A stretch of 64,000 nt of DNA from an uncultured Actinomycetota bacterium (GCA_963712625.1 CAVQIU010000009.1:27501-91500), one strand, 5' to 3'; shown: positions 11,351 through 22,798, counted from the first letter of the stretch. Notes: generated by a model not told the origin, from the sequence alone. Program-made: numbers and translations.

Positions 11351-11461
11351 TCATCGCCTAGCCGCTACGAAAGAGACTGGTGGCGGATCGTAGTCGGCCG
11401 AGCCCGGCAGGACGACGTCGCCTTCGATCGCCCGTTGCAGCACACCCCAGTCGGTGGTCAT
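11351..11461 (-). pseudogene. N-terminal remnant of an FAD-binding (VAO/BBE-type) oxidoreductase
   Basis: MTTDWGVLQRAIEGDVVLPGSADYD resembles the family N-terminus, then truncates. Confidence 0.5.
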
Positions 11462-11499
11462 GGCCGCCCCGTACCGAAGAAGGCCGACAGACGCGCTCT

Positions 11500-11800
11500 G
11501 GCCGACATTCCGACTGGTGGCCGCTGCGTCGGGGTCAATTGGCGGGCCCAGGGTGGTGACCTCGGGAAAAGGCTGCTTTGCCCATTCCGGTGGCTCGGTG
11601 CCCTGGCGCTTGGCGGCCCTGCGCGCGAAGTACCGCTCGAACCCGGCTGGCGACAGATGATCAATTGATGAGCCGGGGCACCGCTGAGGTTGGCGTAGGT
11701 GCGCGGTACGCCGCGGGGGGCGAAGGCTAGCTGCCCCGCGCCCCACTGTGAAGTACTCGTCACGAAGCTGGAAGATAAGTTCGCCCTCCATGACATAGAG
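11500..11800 (-). pseudogene. Cupin-domain gene remnant (N-terminal metal motif missing, frameshifted)
   Basis: YVMEGELIFQL, FAPRGVPRTYAN, PAGFERYF in alternating frames. Confidence 0.6.
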
Positions 11801-11934
11801 TATTTGCTTACCGCGATAACGCAAGCTGCCAATGCTGACCAGGTCATGCGCATCAGCGTGCACTTGACTGCTGCTCAACCACCAGACCGGTTACTGCCCA
11901 CTGCTGCCCAAACAACCGACGGCAAGATGGAAGC

Positions 11935-12453
11935 ATGCGATATGTCGAGCTGCGCCGGCACACCGACAACGACGGCGACCGGCTGAGCGTGAAGGGCGTC
12001 GCGGACGCCGAAGCCATCGGCCGAGCCGATCTGCATCCGCCGTACGCGCTGTTCGTCTCTAGCGGGGCGGAACGGGCCACCGAAATGCTGCGCATCTTGC
12101 GCCGCGCAGCCGGTCAGGAGGAGGCGCCGATCATCACAGAGACCGCGCTCCGATCGGCGGTAGAGGATCGGTGGCGGGAGGCCGCCAAGGCGGCTGGGAA
12201 GGGAGCTTCGCTGGAGGACATTCGGACGGTCGATCCCGATCTTGTCGAGCATGAATCTCGACTGCTCGGCGCGGCGCTTCAGGGGATCCTCGACGCATTG
12301 CCGGACGACGGGCGGGCGCTGATCGTCGGCCACAGCCCGACGAACGAGGCAGCCGCCTGCGGGCTGACCGGTCAGACTGTCGCCCCGTTAGGCAAAGGAG
12401 AAGGAGTAGTCATCGTCGAAGACGGCGGACGTTACGCGGTTCACCCGCTTTAA
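11935..12453 (+). CDS. Histidine phosphatase superfamily protein (divergent RHT motif)
   Basis: ELRRHT, LS..G..A, SSGAERATE, ALIVGHSP. Confidence 0.7.
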   Translation: MRYVELRRHTDNDGDRLSVKGVADAEAIGRADLHPPYALFVSSGAERATEMLRILRRAAGQEEAPIITETALRSAVEDRWREAAKAAGKGASLEDIRTVDPDLVEHESRLLGAALQGILDALPDDGRALIVGHSPTNEAAACGLTGQTVAPLGKGEGVVIVEDGGRYAVHPL

Positions 12454-12486
12454 CGCGCGACCTCGCGCTGAATTGTCCCGGCCCGG

Positions 12487-12789
12487 CACACTCTGCCGCA
12501 ACACCTTGAACCGACGCGCCACCTCACTCACCGAGGCGCCGCCCAACACCTCCCACACCGCCCGCAACCGCTGCTCAGCCACCCGCAGCTCCTGAAGCAG
12601 CACCGGCTCTTTCCGCAGTCGATAACAACCACGGAAGAACCCACCAATCAGGCAGCGCAACAGCCGCAGGCACGGCGAAAAGTGTCAAGCACCCACCGGA
12701 ACGACTGTCGCGCAGGAACCGGAACCGCGTCCCGAAACTGTCAAGCAGCTACCGGAACCCGATGGTCAAGCATGAACCGGAACTGCACA
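12487..12789 (-). mobile_element. Truncated IS481-family element: left end plus the first ~39 codons of the transposase
   Basis: Terminal TGT at 12789 (minus), subterminal 20-bp repeats, HTH start LQELRVAEQRLRAVWEVLGGASVSEVARRFKVLRQSV. Confidence 0.75.
12683..12783. repeat. Four imperfect 20-bp direct repeats (TGTCAAGCAnnnACCGGAAC), probable transposase-binding sites
   Basis: Copies start at 12683, 12706, 12739 and 12764. Confidence 0.85.
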
Positions 12790-12881
12790 CACTTGTTGGC
12801 CATCAGTGTATCGTTGCTGTACTTCGTGGGACTCGCCAGCAACGGCCAGCGGATAACTGGGCGCTGACAAGGGCAAATAGG

Positions 12882-12954
12882 TGGAGCCAAGGGGACTCGA
12901 ACCCCTAACCCCTTGCTTGCAAAGCAAGTGCGCTACCAATTGCGCCATGGCCCC
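12882..12954 (-). tRNA. tRNA-Ala(TGC), CCA not encoded
   Basis: GGGGCCA/TGGCTCC acceptor stem with G3:U70, anticodon arm CTTGC-TTTGCAA-GCAAG, GTTCGAGTC T-loop. Confidence 0.97.
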
Positions 12955-13029
12955 ATAAGCCGGAGGCCCCATCCCCGAGAGCGGCCCGGCCGACCCACGA
13001 TCGTACGTCATGGCCCGTGGCCGCACCAA

Positions 13030-13120
13030 CCCTGAAAACCTCACCCGAGCTGACACGAGACTTGGCGATTTCACGCTCAGGGCACTCATCAATGATCCGT
13101 CTGGGGTGAGGTTTTCAGGG
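13030..13120. repeat. 91-bp element bounded by a perfect 17-bp inverted repeat (REP/MITE-like)
   Basis: CCCTGAAAACCTCACCC (13030-13046) and GGGTGAGGTTTTCAGGG (13104-13120). Confidence 0.7.
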
Positions 13121-13275
13121 ACGCTGGGCAGATCGATTCTCAGAATCGCCCCCGAGCTGAGGATATGAACGCCAAGTCACGCTCACACCGAGCCGTAAGT
13201 TCCCGCTCGGGAGCGATTCCGCGAAAGATCACAGAGGCTCGCCCTCACAGCCGGAGTCCACGTACGCTGTTGCCC

Positions 13276-13696
13276 ATGTGGTCCCAGCGCGAGGTCATCG
13301 ACTACGCGCTGCAGCGACGCTCCACACTCCAGGCGCTGCGGCGCCCTGGTCGTACGCTCGCTCGGCAGGAGGCCTGTGACGCCGACCCTATGCTGATCCG
13401 GGCGGCCAAGCACCATGGCGAGCCGTCGAACGTCGGATTGTCCGGTGTGTGAGTCGGATGAATTGGTCAACCTGCAGTACGTCTTCGGCGACCAGCTGGG
13501 GCAGTACTCCGGGCGGATCAAGCGGACCACTGAATTGGAAGAGATGGCGCACGAGTTCGGGGAGTTCAAGGTCGTGGTCGTCGAAGTTTGCCCAGCCTGC
13601 GGCTGGAACCACATGATCCTTTCCTACCTTCTGGGTGACGGGGTGAAGCGAAAGCCTCCGCGCCGCCAGCAGACGGTTGAGGACATTTATGGCTGA
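13276..13696 (+). CDS. DUF5318 family protein (frameshifted)
   Basis: VIDYALQRR, CDADP..RAAKHHG, CPVC, VVEVCPACGWNH; conserved position before ponA. Confidence 0.88.
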
Positions 13697-15915
13697 TCCC
13701 CACTGGGGACCCGTCGAAGAGCGGCCCCAAGGCGCCGTGCGCGCCGCAAAACGACTAGGCCTCGCCGAAGATGGGCTTCGGGGCATCCTCATCACCATCG
13801 GCGCGCTGACCGTCCTCGGCCTGATCAGCGCGATCGCGGTCGTCGTCTATCGGCTACACCACGACACAGCCGTCCCGATGCCAACGCCGACTTCAAGACC
13901 GCAACCACCTTCGTCTATTACAACGACGGCAAGAGCGAGCTGGGCAGCTTTGCCATCCAGAACCGCACTCCGCTCACGTTCAAGCAAGATGCCAGAGACG
14001 CATGAAGCAGGCCGCTGTCGCCGCTGAGAACCGCACGTTCTGGACCGACCAGGGCATCTCGATCCGCGGCATGGTCCGTGCTGCGTGGACGATCGCTCGC
14101 GGTGGCGACGTCCAGGGTGGCTCGACGATCACCCAGCAATACATCAAGATCTTGTACCTGAACTCCGAGCGGACTCTGACCCGCAAGTTCAGGGAGCTCT
14201 TCCTCGCGTACAAGATCAACAAGGAGATGAGCAAGGAGGAAATCCTCGCGGGTTATCTCAACACGATCTACTTACGGGCACGGCGCCTACGGCGTGCAGG
14301 CGGCCAGCAAGGAATACTTCGACGTCGACGCGAAGAAGCTCACCGTCCCGCAGGCCGCCTTCCTTGCCACGGTGGTCAACAACCCGAGCATGTACGACCC
14401 GTCCGACAAGGACGATCGCCAGCGCATCCTCAGCCGCTACCGCTATGTGCTCCACTCCATGGCCGAGATGGGCTACATCAGCCCCGTACAAGCAAGCCGC
14501 GTACGCCCAGAAGCTGCCGAAGTTCCCGAAGGTCGCTGCCAACCAGCGCTACGGCGGCCCCAAAGGCTTCCTGCTCAAGATGGTCGAGCGCGAACTCGGC
14601 GCGGCCGGGCTTCGACTCCTCCCAGATCAGCGGCGGCGGCCTCAAGATCATCACCACCTTCGACAAGGACGCCCAGCAAGCCGCCGTCGAGGCGGCCCAG
14701 AAGTACACCAAGCAGTCTGCGCGGGCCGTCGGGCGTAAGGCGTCCAAGCTGCACGCCGCGCTAGCGTCGGTTGATGTGAACAGCGGCGAGGTCATCGCCC
14801 TCTACGGCGGGCCCGACTACGTCAAGAACTCCCGCAACTGGGCCACCACGCCACGCCCGACCGCCTCGACGTTCAAGGCGTACGCCCTGGCCGCCGGCCT
14901 CAAGGACGGTTTCAGCCTTCGCAACACCTTCAACGGCAACACCTGGACCCCGCCAGGTGACAGATCCCCGGTTCGCAACGAGTTCAGCCACCAATACGGC
15001 CAGTCGGTCGACCTGATCAAGGCGACCGCGGACTCGATCAACACCGCATTCGTGGATCTCACCACCCAGATGGACAATGGCCCGCGCAAGATCATGAAGA
15101 TGGCCCAGGCCGTCGGTGCCCCGAAGGGCCGCGGCTGGGACAACAACGACCGCGTTCCGCTGGGCACCGCGGAGGTGAGCCCACTCGCCCAGGCCAGCGC
15201 GTACGCGACGTTCGCCAATGACGGCGTCGCGGTCCCCGACCACGTGGTACGTGAGGTCCGGGACCGAAAGGGCAAGGTCATCTACGAGGCGCAGCCGGAG
15301 AAAGAGCGCGCGGTCACCGAGGACATCGCGCACGACGTCACCTTCGCGCTATCCCGTGTGGTGGAGCAGGGGACCGGCCGCACGGTGCAGACACTGGAAC
15401 GCCCTGTGGCCGGGCAAGACCGGAACCAAGGACCGGTCCAACCCGAACGGCTCGAGCGACATCGTCTCGGCCTGGTTCGTCGCCTACACCAGGCAGATCT
15501 CCACAGCGGTGATGTACGTCGCAGGCAACGACGGCAATGGTGATCTTGACAAATACGCTCGGCCCGGCGACAGCACCTTCTTCGGTGGCACCTATCCGGC
15601 GCTGACCTGGGCTGAGTACATGAAAACCGCTACCAAGGGTCAGGCAGTCAAGGAGTTCCCAGGGCCGGCGTACGTGAACAGGGAGGAGCTCCCGCAACCG
15701 GAACAGACGATGCAGGAGACCCAGGTGCCGACCGATCAGCCGCAAACCCGAAGCGCCCAAGCCGAAGCCAACCCAAACCTGGAGCTGGCCGCCAGATTGG
15801 ACGGGACCAAGCGCTTCGGCGACGAAGACCAACAAGGGTCCTGGAGGCGGCAAGCTGCCTCCGCGTTGGCGGACGGCAACTGCCGAGCGGGACTCCGACC
15901 GGCGGCGGGGGTTGA
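13689..15915 (+). CDS. ponA: Class A penicillin-binding protein (transglycosylase/transpeptidase), several frameshifts
   Basis: AAENRTF, QGGSTITQQYIK, RKFRE, YLNTIY; STFK (SxxK), SINT (SxN), GKTGT. Confidence 0.9.
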
Positions 15916-17363
15916 GCAGAGTCCCGGCCGTGATCGACGCCCGATCGGCTCAGAATCTGCCATCGGCGACCGAAGCTTCGTCGGCAGAGTCAGCCAGCGG
16001 ATCGGCGGGCCTCTGGGACGTTACGCGGCTACGGGCAGCGCTTGGTGGAATCCGCTGCGCGTCACCTTGCTGGTCGGGACCCTGGTCTACCTGAGCGGTG
16101 TGGTTTTCCGCCTGCCCTGCCGGATCACCGTCGCGGGGCAACCTCCGCCCGACCACTTCAAGTACCTGTGCTACTCAGATATCGGGCTGCTGTACGCGGG
16201 TCGCGGCCTGCTGCAAGGCCATACGCCCTATCTCGACTCCGGTGACTATCCGGTTCTGGAGTATCCGGTGCTCACCGGCTGGTTTCTCGAGCTGGAGCGT
16301 CTGATCACCCGGGTCTTGGGCGGGCTGCAGGGGACCGGGCTGACGGACCAGCAACGGGTCGACTCGACGTTGATCTTCGTCGACGTCAACACGGTGCTGC
16401 TCGGTGCCTTGTTCCTGGTCGCGCTGTGGGCCATGGTGCGTACGCCGGTCGGACGGCCCTGGGACGCGATGATGCTGGCCGCATCGCCCTGCGTCGCGGC
16501 TGCTGCGTTGATCAACTGGGACATGCTGCCGATCGCGCTGACCGCTCTCGGGATGGCTTGCTGGTCGGCACGAAGACCTGGCCTGACCGGAGTCATGCTC
16601 GGGCTGGGCGCCGCGGCCAAGCTCTATCCCGCATTGCTGCTCGGTCCGCTCTTCCTGCTCTGCCTGCGAGCCAAGCGGATGGGCAGACTTCGTGATGACC
16701 TTGTCCACCTTCCTGGTGAGCTGGGGATTGGTCAACTTCCAGTGCTGCTGCTTGCGCCGGATGCCTGGCGCAGCTTCTGGCAATACAACAGCGAGCGCGG
16801 CGGCGACCTGGGCTCCATCTGGTACGTGCTGTCTCTGGCCGGCCACCCGGTGCCGTATCTCAACTGGGTGAGCGGCGGCTTGTTCGCTCTCTGCTGCATG
16901 GGCATCTTGATCTTGATCATGTACGCGCCGCATGCGGCCGCGGTTCGGTGCCATGGCGTTCCTGGTCGTCGCGGCATTCCTGATGACCAACAAGGTCTAT
17001 TCACCGCAGTACGTGCTCTGGCTGCTGCCCTTGATGATCTTGGCCCGACCGAGGTGGCGTGACTGGTTGATCTTCACCGCGGGCGAGCTGATCTACTTCG
17101 TTGCGATCTGGTGGCACCTCGGCGGATTCCTGGCGCCTGGGGACAGCTCGCCTGACCGGATGTACTGGGCTGTCGGTTCTGATCAGGCTTTGTACCCAAG
17201 GCTGGGTCGTGATCATGGTTGTCCGGGATGCGATGCGGCCGGAGCATGATCCGGTACGCGGAGCGAAGTCGACGATCCCACCGGCGGCGTACTCGATCAG
17301 GCGCCGGACGCCCGCTGGTTCCGGGTGTTCAGCGGCACCACGGTCCCGAGGCGGGATGCCTGA
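15912..17363 (+). CDS. Glycosyltransferase family 87 (GT-C) membrane protein, frameshifted
   Basis: IGGPLGR, CYSDI, LEYPVLTG, NWD, AAKLYP, NKVYSPQYVLWLLP, DDPTGGVLD. Confidence 0.88.
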
Positions 17364-18559
17364 TGCTGCAGCGGCTGGCTCCGCGAGCCAGTACCTGCTG
17401 CTGAGACGAGCGCGTCGTCGCCGGGGCGGATCGTCATTCAGGCGTGGCTGGCCAGCCGGGGCATGATCGTCGCGGTCGCGCTGCGTGCTGGCCGTCGTGC
17501 AGCACCGCACGCTCACCGACATGGTGAGCAACTGGGACGTGCAGCACTTCGCCAGGCTGGCTGCCGGCGGATACTGCGCCGAGCCTGACGGCACCTTGAT
17601 GGCCTTTTTCCCGGGCTGGCCGGCGATCTTGTGGCTGTTCGGTCAGCTGGGGGTGCCGGTCGCCATCAGCGGAGTGATCATCTCTACGGCCTGCTCTGCG
17701 GTCGCAGCCGCAGCGCTGTACCGGCTGGGCGGGACCTGGGCGGCGGTCGCGTGGCTGTTTGCCCCGACCGCTGTCTTCACCGTGGTGCCCTATACCGAGT
17801 CACTGTTTTGCGCGGCGGCCTTCTGGGCCTGGGAGCGCGCCCGCTCCGATCGCTGGCTGGCCGCTGCCGCGCTCACCGCAGTCGCCTGCACGGTACGGGT
17901 ATCTGGGCTCTTCCTGATCGGCGCGCTACTGGTAATGATCATGACGAGCGGCGGTCCGACTAGTGGTCAAGCTACGCCGCGCGGCGCTGATGCTGATTCC
18001 GGCGTCGGTGATCATGGCGTTTGCGACGTATCTGTATGCCCTCACTGGGAGCTGGACGGCCTGGTATCACGCGCAGTCGACCGGTTGGGTGCGCGAGCTG
18101 ACCTGGCCCTGGCAGTCCTTCCTGAACACGATTCCCGCGACGCTGCCTGGCGCGTACGCCAATCATCCGTGGTGGGCGGCGGTGTTCCGCGGCGAGATGA
18201 TCTCGATGGCGGTAGGCGTGGGAGTCACCATCTGGTGCATCGTGGTGAGCCTGCGGGCGAGGAAGTCACCGAACGGGCCCGACCGGCACGATGTGGGGAG
18301 AGGCCAGCTGGGTCGGGGTGCAGGTGCTGGCGTTCTCCATGTCGTATTGGTTCTTCTCGGTCAATCGCGCCACCCTGCTCTGGTTCCCGTTGTGGATCAT
18401 GCTCGGTCGCTGGGTTGCTGGACCGTCGCACGCTGGATCATCCACAAGCCGTTCTCGACCTTGGCATCGGCTGCTCGTGGCCTGCGCATTCGCTGATCGA
18501 AATCGTGCTCGATGCTGTGGTGGAGCTGGTTGTTCTTCACTGGACACTGGGCGAGCTGA
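17356..18559 (+). CDS. PIG-V-like mannosyltransferase family membrane protein, frameshifted
   Basis: NWDVQHF, AFFPGWP, PYTESLF, R..LLWFPLW. Confidence 0.8.
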
Positions 18560-18708
18560 ATCGCTGTGTCTGAGATCACTGGAAACCCAGCGGGCCGGCG
18601 TTGGGTCACATATGCTGACGGATGGTGACTCGGTCGGGGGACAGGTGACCAACGTGGCGGGTTGCCCCTGCCGGGACTTTGATCATTCAAGTCTCTGAAA
18701 GGGAAATC

Positions 18709-19312
18709 GTGCCCCGCTTCCGTACGACCGCAATCGCTGGCCTGGCGCTGTATCCGCACTTCTCGCGACGTCCGGTGCGGCGTACGCTCACGATCTTCAC
18801 GCGAAGAAGGTTGCCCGCGAGGCATCGGCGGCCCCGAGCATGAGCTGGGCGATGCTACAACGGCAAGCTGACCGACCTCTCGCCAGAAACCGATGATGTC
18901 TTCGACGGTGCGCGCGCCACGGCGACGATGATTGGCATGGACGGCGGCAGCTTCTTCAGGGTCATTGTCAAGGGTCTTGACAATAGTGCGGTTGGCAAGA
19001 CATACCCCGCACACCTTCACGTAGGCCCATGTGGCCTCGATGGCACAGGGAATCCGACGGTCGGAGGTCACTACAACACAACTCCTGCTGGCCGTTACGC
19101 CGGTCGTCAGCGAGGAGACAGAGGTTCACCTCGATTTCAAGGTGAATTCCGAAGGAAATGTGCGGATAGCGGTCAATGTGCCATTCGTCCCGACGGCGGG
19201 AGACCGTTCGATCGTGTTCCACACCGATGCGACGCCGGCTGCCGGAACCGCCCCGGCCAAGTTGGCCTGCCTGCCGCTCACTATCAAGCAGCTCGCGAGC
19301 ACAACCGGGTAG
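18709..19312 (+). CDS. Secreted Cu(,Zn) superoxide dismutase family protein, frameshifted
   Basis: V.GL..GKTYPAHLHVGPC, GGHYN, RSIVFH, KLAC; GAAAGGG RBS and signal-like N-terminus. Confidence 0.7.
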
Positions 19313-19363
19313 GTCCCGAGATCGCTGCCCAGTCAGGCGCGCAGAGGCTATTACCCTGACTGG

Positions 19364-20161
19364 GTGGAACGGATGTGGATTGACCTCGACGGCCTGGCGA
19401 ATATGCGCGATGTCGGCGGGATCCCGACTACCGACGGCGGCAAAATCATTCCTGGTCGGCTGCTGAGGTCGGACAATCTTCAAACCCTCACCACCTCTGA
19501 CGTGGATCAGCTACTCGGGCTTGGTCTGACGGACGTTATCGATCTGCGCAGCGACTACGAGGCTGTCCGGGAGGGACCCACTCCACTGGCAACATCGGAG
19601 GTCCGGATTCAGCGGTTCTCGCTGTTTCGTGAATGGGAGTTCGGCGTCGGTGAGACCAAGCCAGACGGACGCCCCGAGGTGATGCCCGAGGAAGCCCTCC
19701 CGTGGGTCGACCTCGAACCGAGTGTCGAACTGGACAATGACGTCGCCTCGGTTTACTTCTCCTACCTGGTTGACCGCCCGGACTCGGTACTGGCCGCATT
19801 GCGCACGATCGCGCAGGCACCCGGTGTTGCGCTGGTGCACTGCGCGGCCGGCAAGGACCGGACCGGAACTCTCGTCGCGCTGGCTCTCTCCCTGGCGGAC
19901 GCAGAGCGTCAGGCGATCATCGATGACTACACCGCGAGCTCGGAGCGCGTCGAGGAGATCGTCGGACGGCTGATGTCCTCGACGACGTACGCGGACAACC
20001 TCCGTGGCCGACCCATGTCCTCACACCTGAGCCACCCGGAGACCATGATCAGCTTTCTGCGGCACATCGACAAGACGTTCGGCAATGTGCTGCAGATGTT
20101 GATCAAGATGGGTTGGACCGCCGAGGACAACGAGCAGCTACGCGCCAAGCTGCGCGACTGA
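19364..20161 (+). CDS. Tyrosine/lipid phosphatase (Y_phosphatase3, MptpB/LipA-like)
   Basis: NMRDVGG, LLRSD, VIDLRS, P-loop HCAAGKDRTG, DDY. Confidence 0.93.
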   Translation: MERMWIDLDGLANMRDVGGIPTTDGGKIIPGRLLRSDNLQTLTTSDVDQLLGLGLTDVIDLRSDYEAVREGPTPLATSEVRIQRFSLFREWEFGVGETKPDGRPEVMPEEALPWVDLEPSVELDNDVASVYFSYLVDRPDSVLAALRTIAQAPGVALVHCAAGKDRTGTLVALALSLADAERQAIIDDYTASSERVEEIVGRLMSSTTYADNLRGRPMSSHLSHPETMISFLRHIDKTFGNVLQMLIKMGWTAEDNEQLRAKLRD

Positions 20162-20225
20162 TTGTCAACATCCACAGTGCGTGCGGGACATTGACCATCC
20201 CGGGCATCCGCGTAAACCAGGCTCG

Positions 20226-21284
20226 CTAGGCCCAGTCGAGGTAGTCCACGGTCGCGGTCGTCAGTCGCAGCTCGACCGGAACCTCTTGTCCGATCCGCGG
20301 CGGCCGCTCCTTGCGCGGCAGAAAGACCTGGCTCGACTGCATGTGTGGGGGCTCCAGAAACCAACGTTTCTTGCCATTGATCGTGTACGGGCTGAGGGCG
20401 AGACCGGCAGCTGCGAGAGAACCGGTTGCGAAGGCGATCGCCCGGTGCCGCATCGTCTTGGCGGACGTTGGCGCTTCCATGCCGATGCCGTGCGACGTGC
20501 CGCCTGCGACGACCACGATCCAGCCGTCAGCCGGACAGACCCGTTGCCGATAGCCGGCCCGCTCGCCACGCTTGATCTCATGTACGTCCAGCACCGTCGC
20601 GGTGGTGCTGCGTGACGGTCTTGTCACCGAGCCAGAGCCGGGTGCCGACCCGCTGTCGCACCGGCACGGGCTCCCCGTCTGCTCCACCGAGTTGACGCGC
20701 CAACGCCACCGTTTCCTCAGGACGGCAGGTGGGAGAACCACAGCGTTCCGGGAGCTGTGGCAAGGGCGGCGTGACCGAGCCGTTCCGCTTCGGCGTAGCG
20801 ACCGTCGGTGTGCAGCGGCAGGTGGATCGTCCAGCCCTCGAACCGGACGCCGGGAAGCAACGCGGCGACTCGACCAAGATCATCGGGCCGCAATCCCATG
20901 ACGTCGCATCGAGGTGAGCACCTCGACCAGGACTCGCGGACGATCACCGCGCCCAGCCAGCAGCTCCAGGTCCTGCAACCGGGACACCGTCGTGATCACC
21001 GACGGTTCGTTGGTCAGCTCTCCGGCGAGCTCGCTGGATGCATCCCAAGGATTCAAGATCACCACATCGCCCGGGAACGCCTCGCGTACCACAGCCACCT
21101 CGGAGGGGATGCCGACCGCGATCGTATCCGCGCCGAGCTTCGTTGACTCCTCGGCGAGCTGCTGCAGGCCGAACCCGTACCCGTTGCCCTTGATCACCGG
21201 CACGATACCGGGCGTGGCTCCGGCCACGGTGTGCAGATGTTCTCGCCAGCGTTCCCCGTCAAGGCGCAGGGTCACACCACTCAT
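20226..21284 (-). CDS. Alanine racemase-family PLP protein, frameshifted
   Basis: VPVIKGNGYGFG, EVLTSMRRHG, IHLP, GYRQ, GGTSHGIG, FLEPPHMQ; conserved next to femX. Confidence 0.85.
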
Positions 21285-21300
21285 CTCAGTACCACGACGA

Positions 21301-22418
21301 TCACCGACGTTTCATGTAGAGGTCGAAAGCCTTGTACAGCAGGGGATTGAGGGGAAGGTCCCATTCGCCGAGGTACTCCACCGCCTCGCCTCCGGTGCCG
21401 ACCTTGAACTGGATTAGGCCAAGATGCGGATCGTCGGCCTCGAGGCCTTCGGTGATTCCACGCAGATCGTAGATGGTGGCGCCGGCCTCCAGCGCGTCAG
21501 TGATCATCTGCCACTGGATGGCATTTGAGCCTCGTACGTCACGCTTTGCCGTCGAGCTGGCGCCGTAGGAGTACCAGGTGTGGTCGCCGACCCGCACCCA
21601 TGTCGTGGCAGCGACCAGGTCGCCCTCGTGGTGGGCCAGGTAGAGCCGAATACGATCAGGATCCTCAGCCAGCAAGGCATCGAACATGGTCTGGAAGTAC
21701 GACAGCGGTCGTGGCCTGAAATGATCTCGCTCGGCTGTCTCGACGTACAGACCGTGGAACTCGGGCAGTTGATCAACGGTGCCGCGACGCACGACGACGC
21801 CCGCCTTCGCGGCCTTCTTGATGTTGCGCCGCCACAGCTGGTTCATGCCGGCAAGTAATTGATCAGGAGTCCGTCCCGCGATAGGCAGCTGGAACACGAA
21901 CCGTGGCTGCCCAGCAGCGAAGCCCTCCTCAGTCTCCGGCGGTCGCCAGCCCATCTCGCGTAATTGGTTGCGGGTGCGAGTGGTCTCGTGGTTGACCTGG
22001 TCAGGAACCGCCTCGCTGAGCCGGCGTGATCCTGCTCGTCGGCGATCGCCGCCTTGATCGTTTCGGCGTTCCAGCGTCGCGCGATAGCCGTTGCACCGAT
22101 CCGTACGCCGAAGGCGCCGGCCGAACGTACATGATCAGCCAACGGCCGCAGCCATTCCCCGATATCGGGGGCAGTCCAGTCGATGACCGGGCCTTCGGGC
22201 AAGTACGCAAGGTACTTCTTGATCTTGGGGAGCTGCCGATAGAGCACGAGTCCCGCGCCGACCGGTCCAGCCGCACCGTTGAACCAGCCGATCGACTCGC
22301 TACGCCACTCACTCTTGACCTGTGCCCACGCTGGCGTCTGGAGGAAGCTCACCGAGGGTTGGGCAGCGTTGAACTCGCGATGCCGATCTGCCTCGATGGT
22401 CCGTACCGAAAGAGCCAC
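21301..22418 (-). CDS. femX: FemABX-family lipid II aminoacyltransferase, frameshifted
   Basis: SFLQTPAWAQVK.EW, AYLPEGP, QPRFVF, WRRNIKKA, YSYGAS, YDLRG, FKVGTGG. Confidence 0.9.
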
Positions 22419-22429
22419 AGGTGAGAATG

Positions 22430-22798
22430 TAATACCCGATCTGCAGGGTCGCTCGGACTCCCCGAAACCCACGATTTACTTGCGTTTCGATGCCCGGTAC
22501 GAATCGCAACCTGGTTGCGGGGCAACATTCTGCTGCGTCACTGCACCGAAGTTGCCCCCTAAAGCCCAACGTGCGAGTACCTTGAAGGTCAGTCTCGGGC
22601 TGCCCGGAATAGGCCCAACGCATCGGCCGTCCCGTGTTTCCCCGCGCGGGTTGGTCCCATCCCCTGTGCGGACCGCCTATTCCGGGTTCAAGCTGTATGG
22701 TGCCTTTCCACCGCGCTGCCCAAGATCGCCGGCAATCGCCATCGGCGGTGGACCTTGATCCTGACCGGTGCCACGACCCAGCACACACGTAGCTCTCC
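22430..22798. ncRNA. Candidate structured non-coding RNA / non-coding end of a mobile element
   Basis: Several nested or adjacent stems: CCCGGAATAGGC/GCCTATTCCGGG, CTTGAA/TTCAAG, CCACCGC/GCGGTGG, GGGGCAAC/GTTGCCCC, TTGCG-TTCG/CGAA-CGCAA; no credible ORF. Confidence 0.45.

Noticed and set aside
12683-12783. Four 20-bp direct repeats as a mini-CRISPR
   Set aside because: Spacers are only 3, 13 and 5 bp, there are no cas genes, and the repeats lie at an IS481-type end
22500-22560. Cobalamin or c-di-AMP riboswitch upstream of femX
   Set aside because: Only a short TGCCCCGCAAC likeness; the GGGAA..GGTG..AATCC core, B12 box and ydaO motifs are not in the required order
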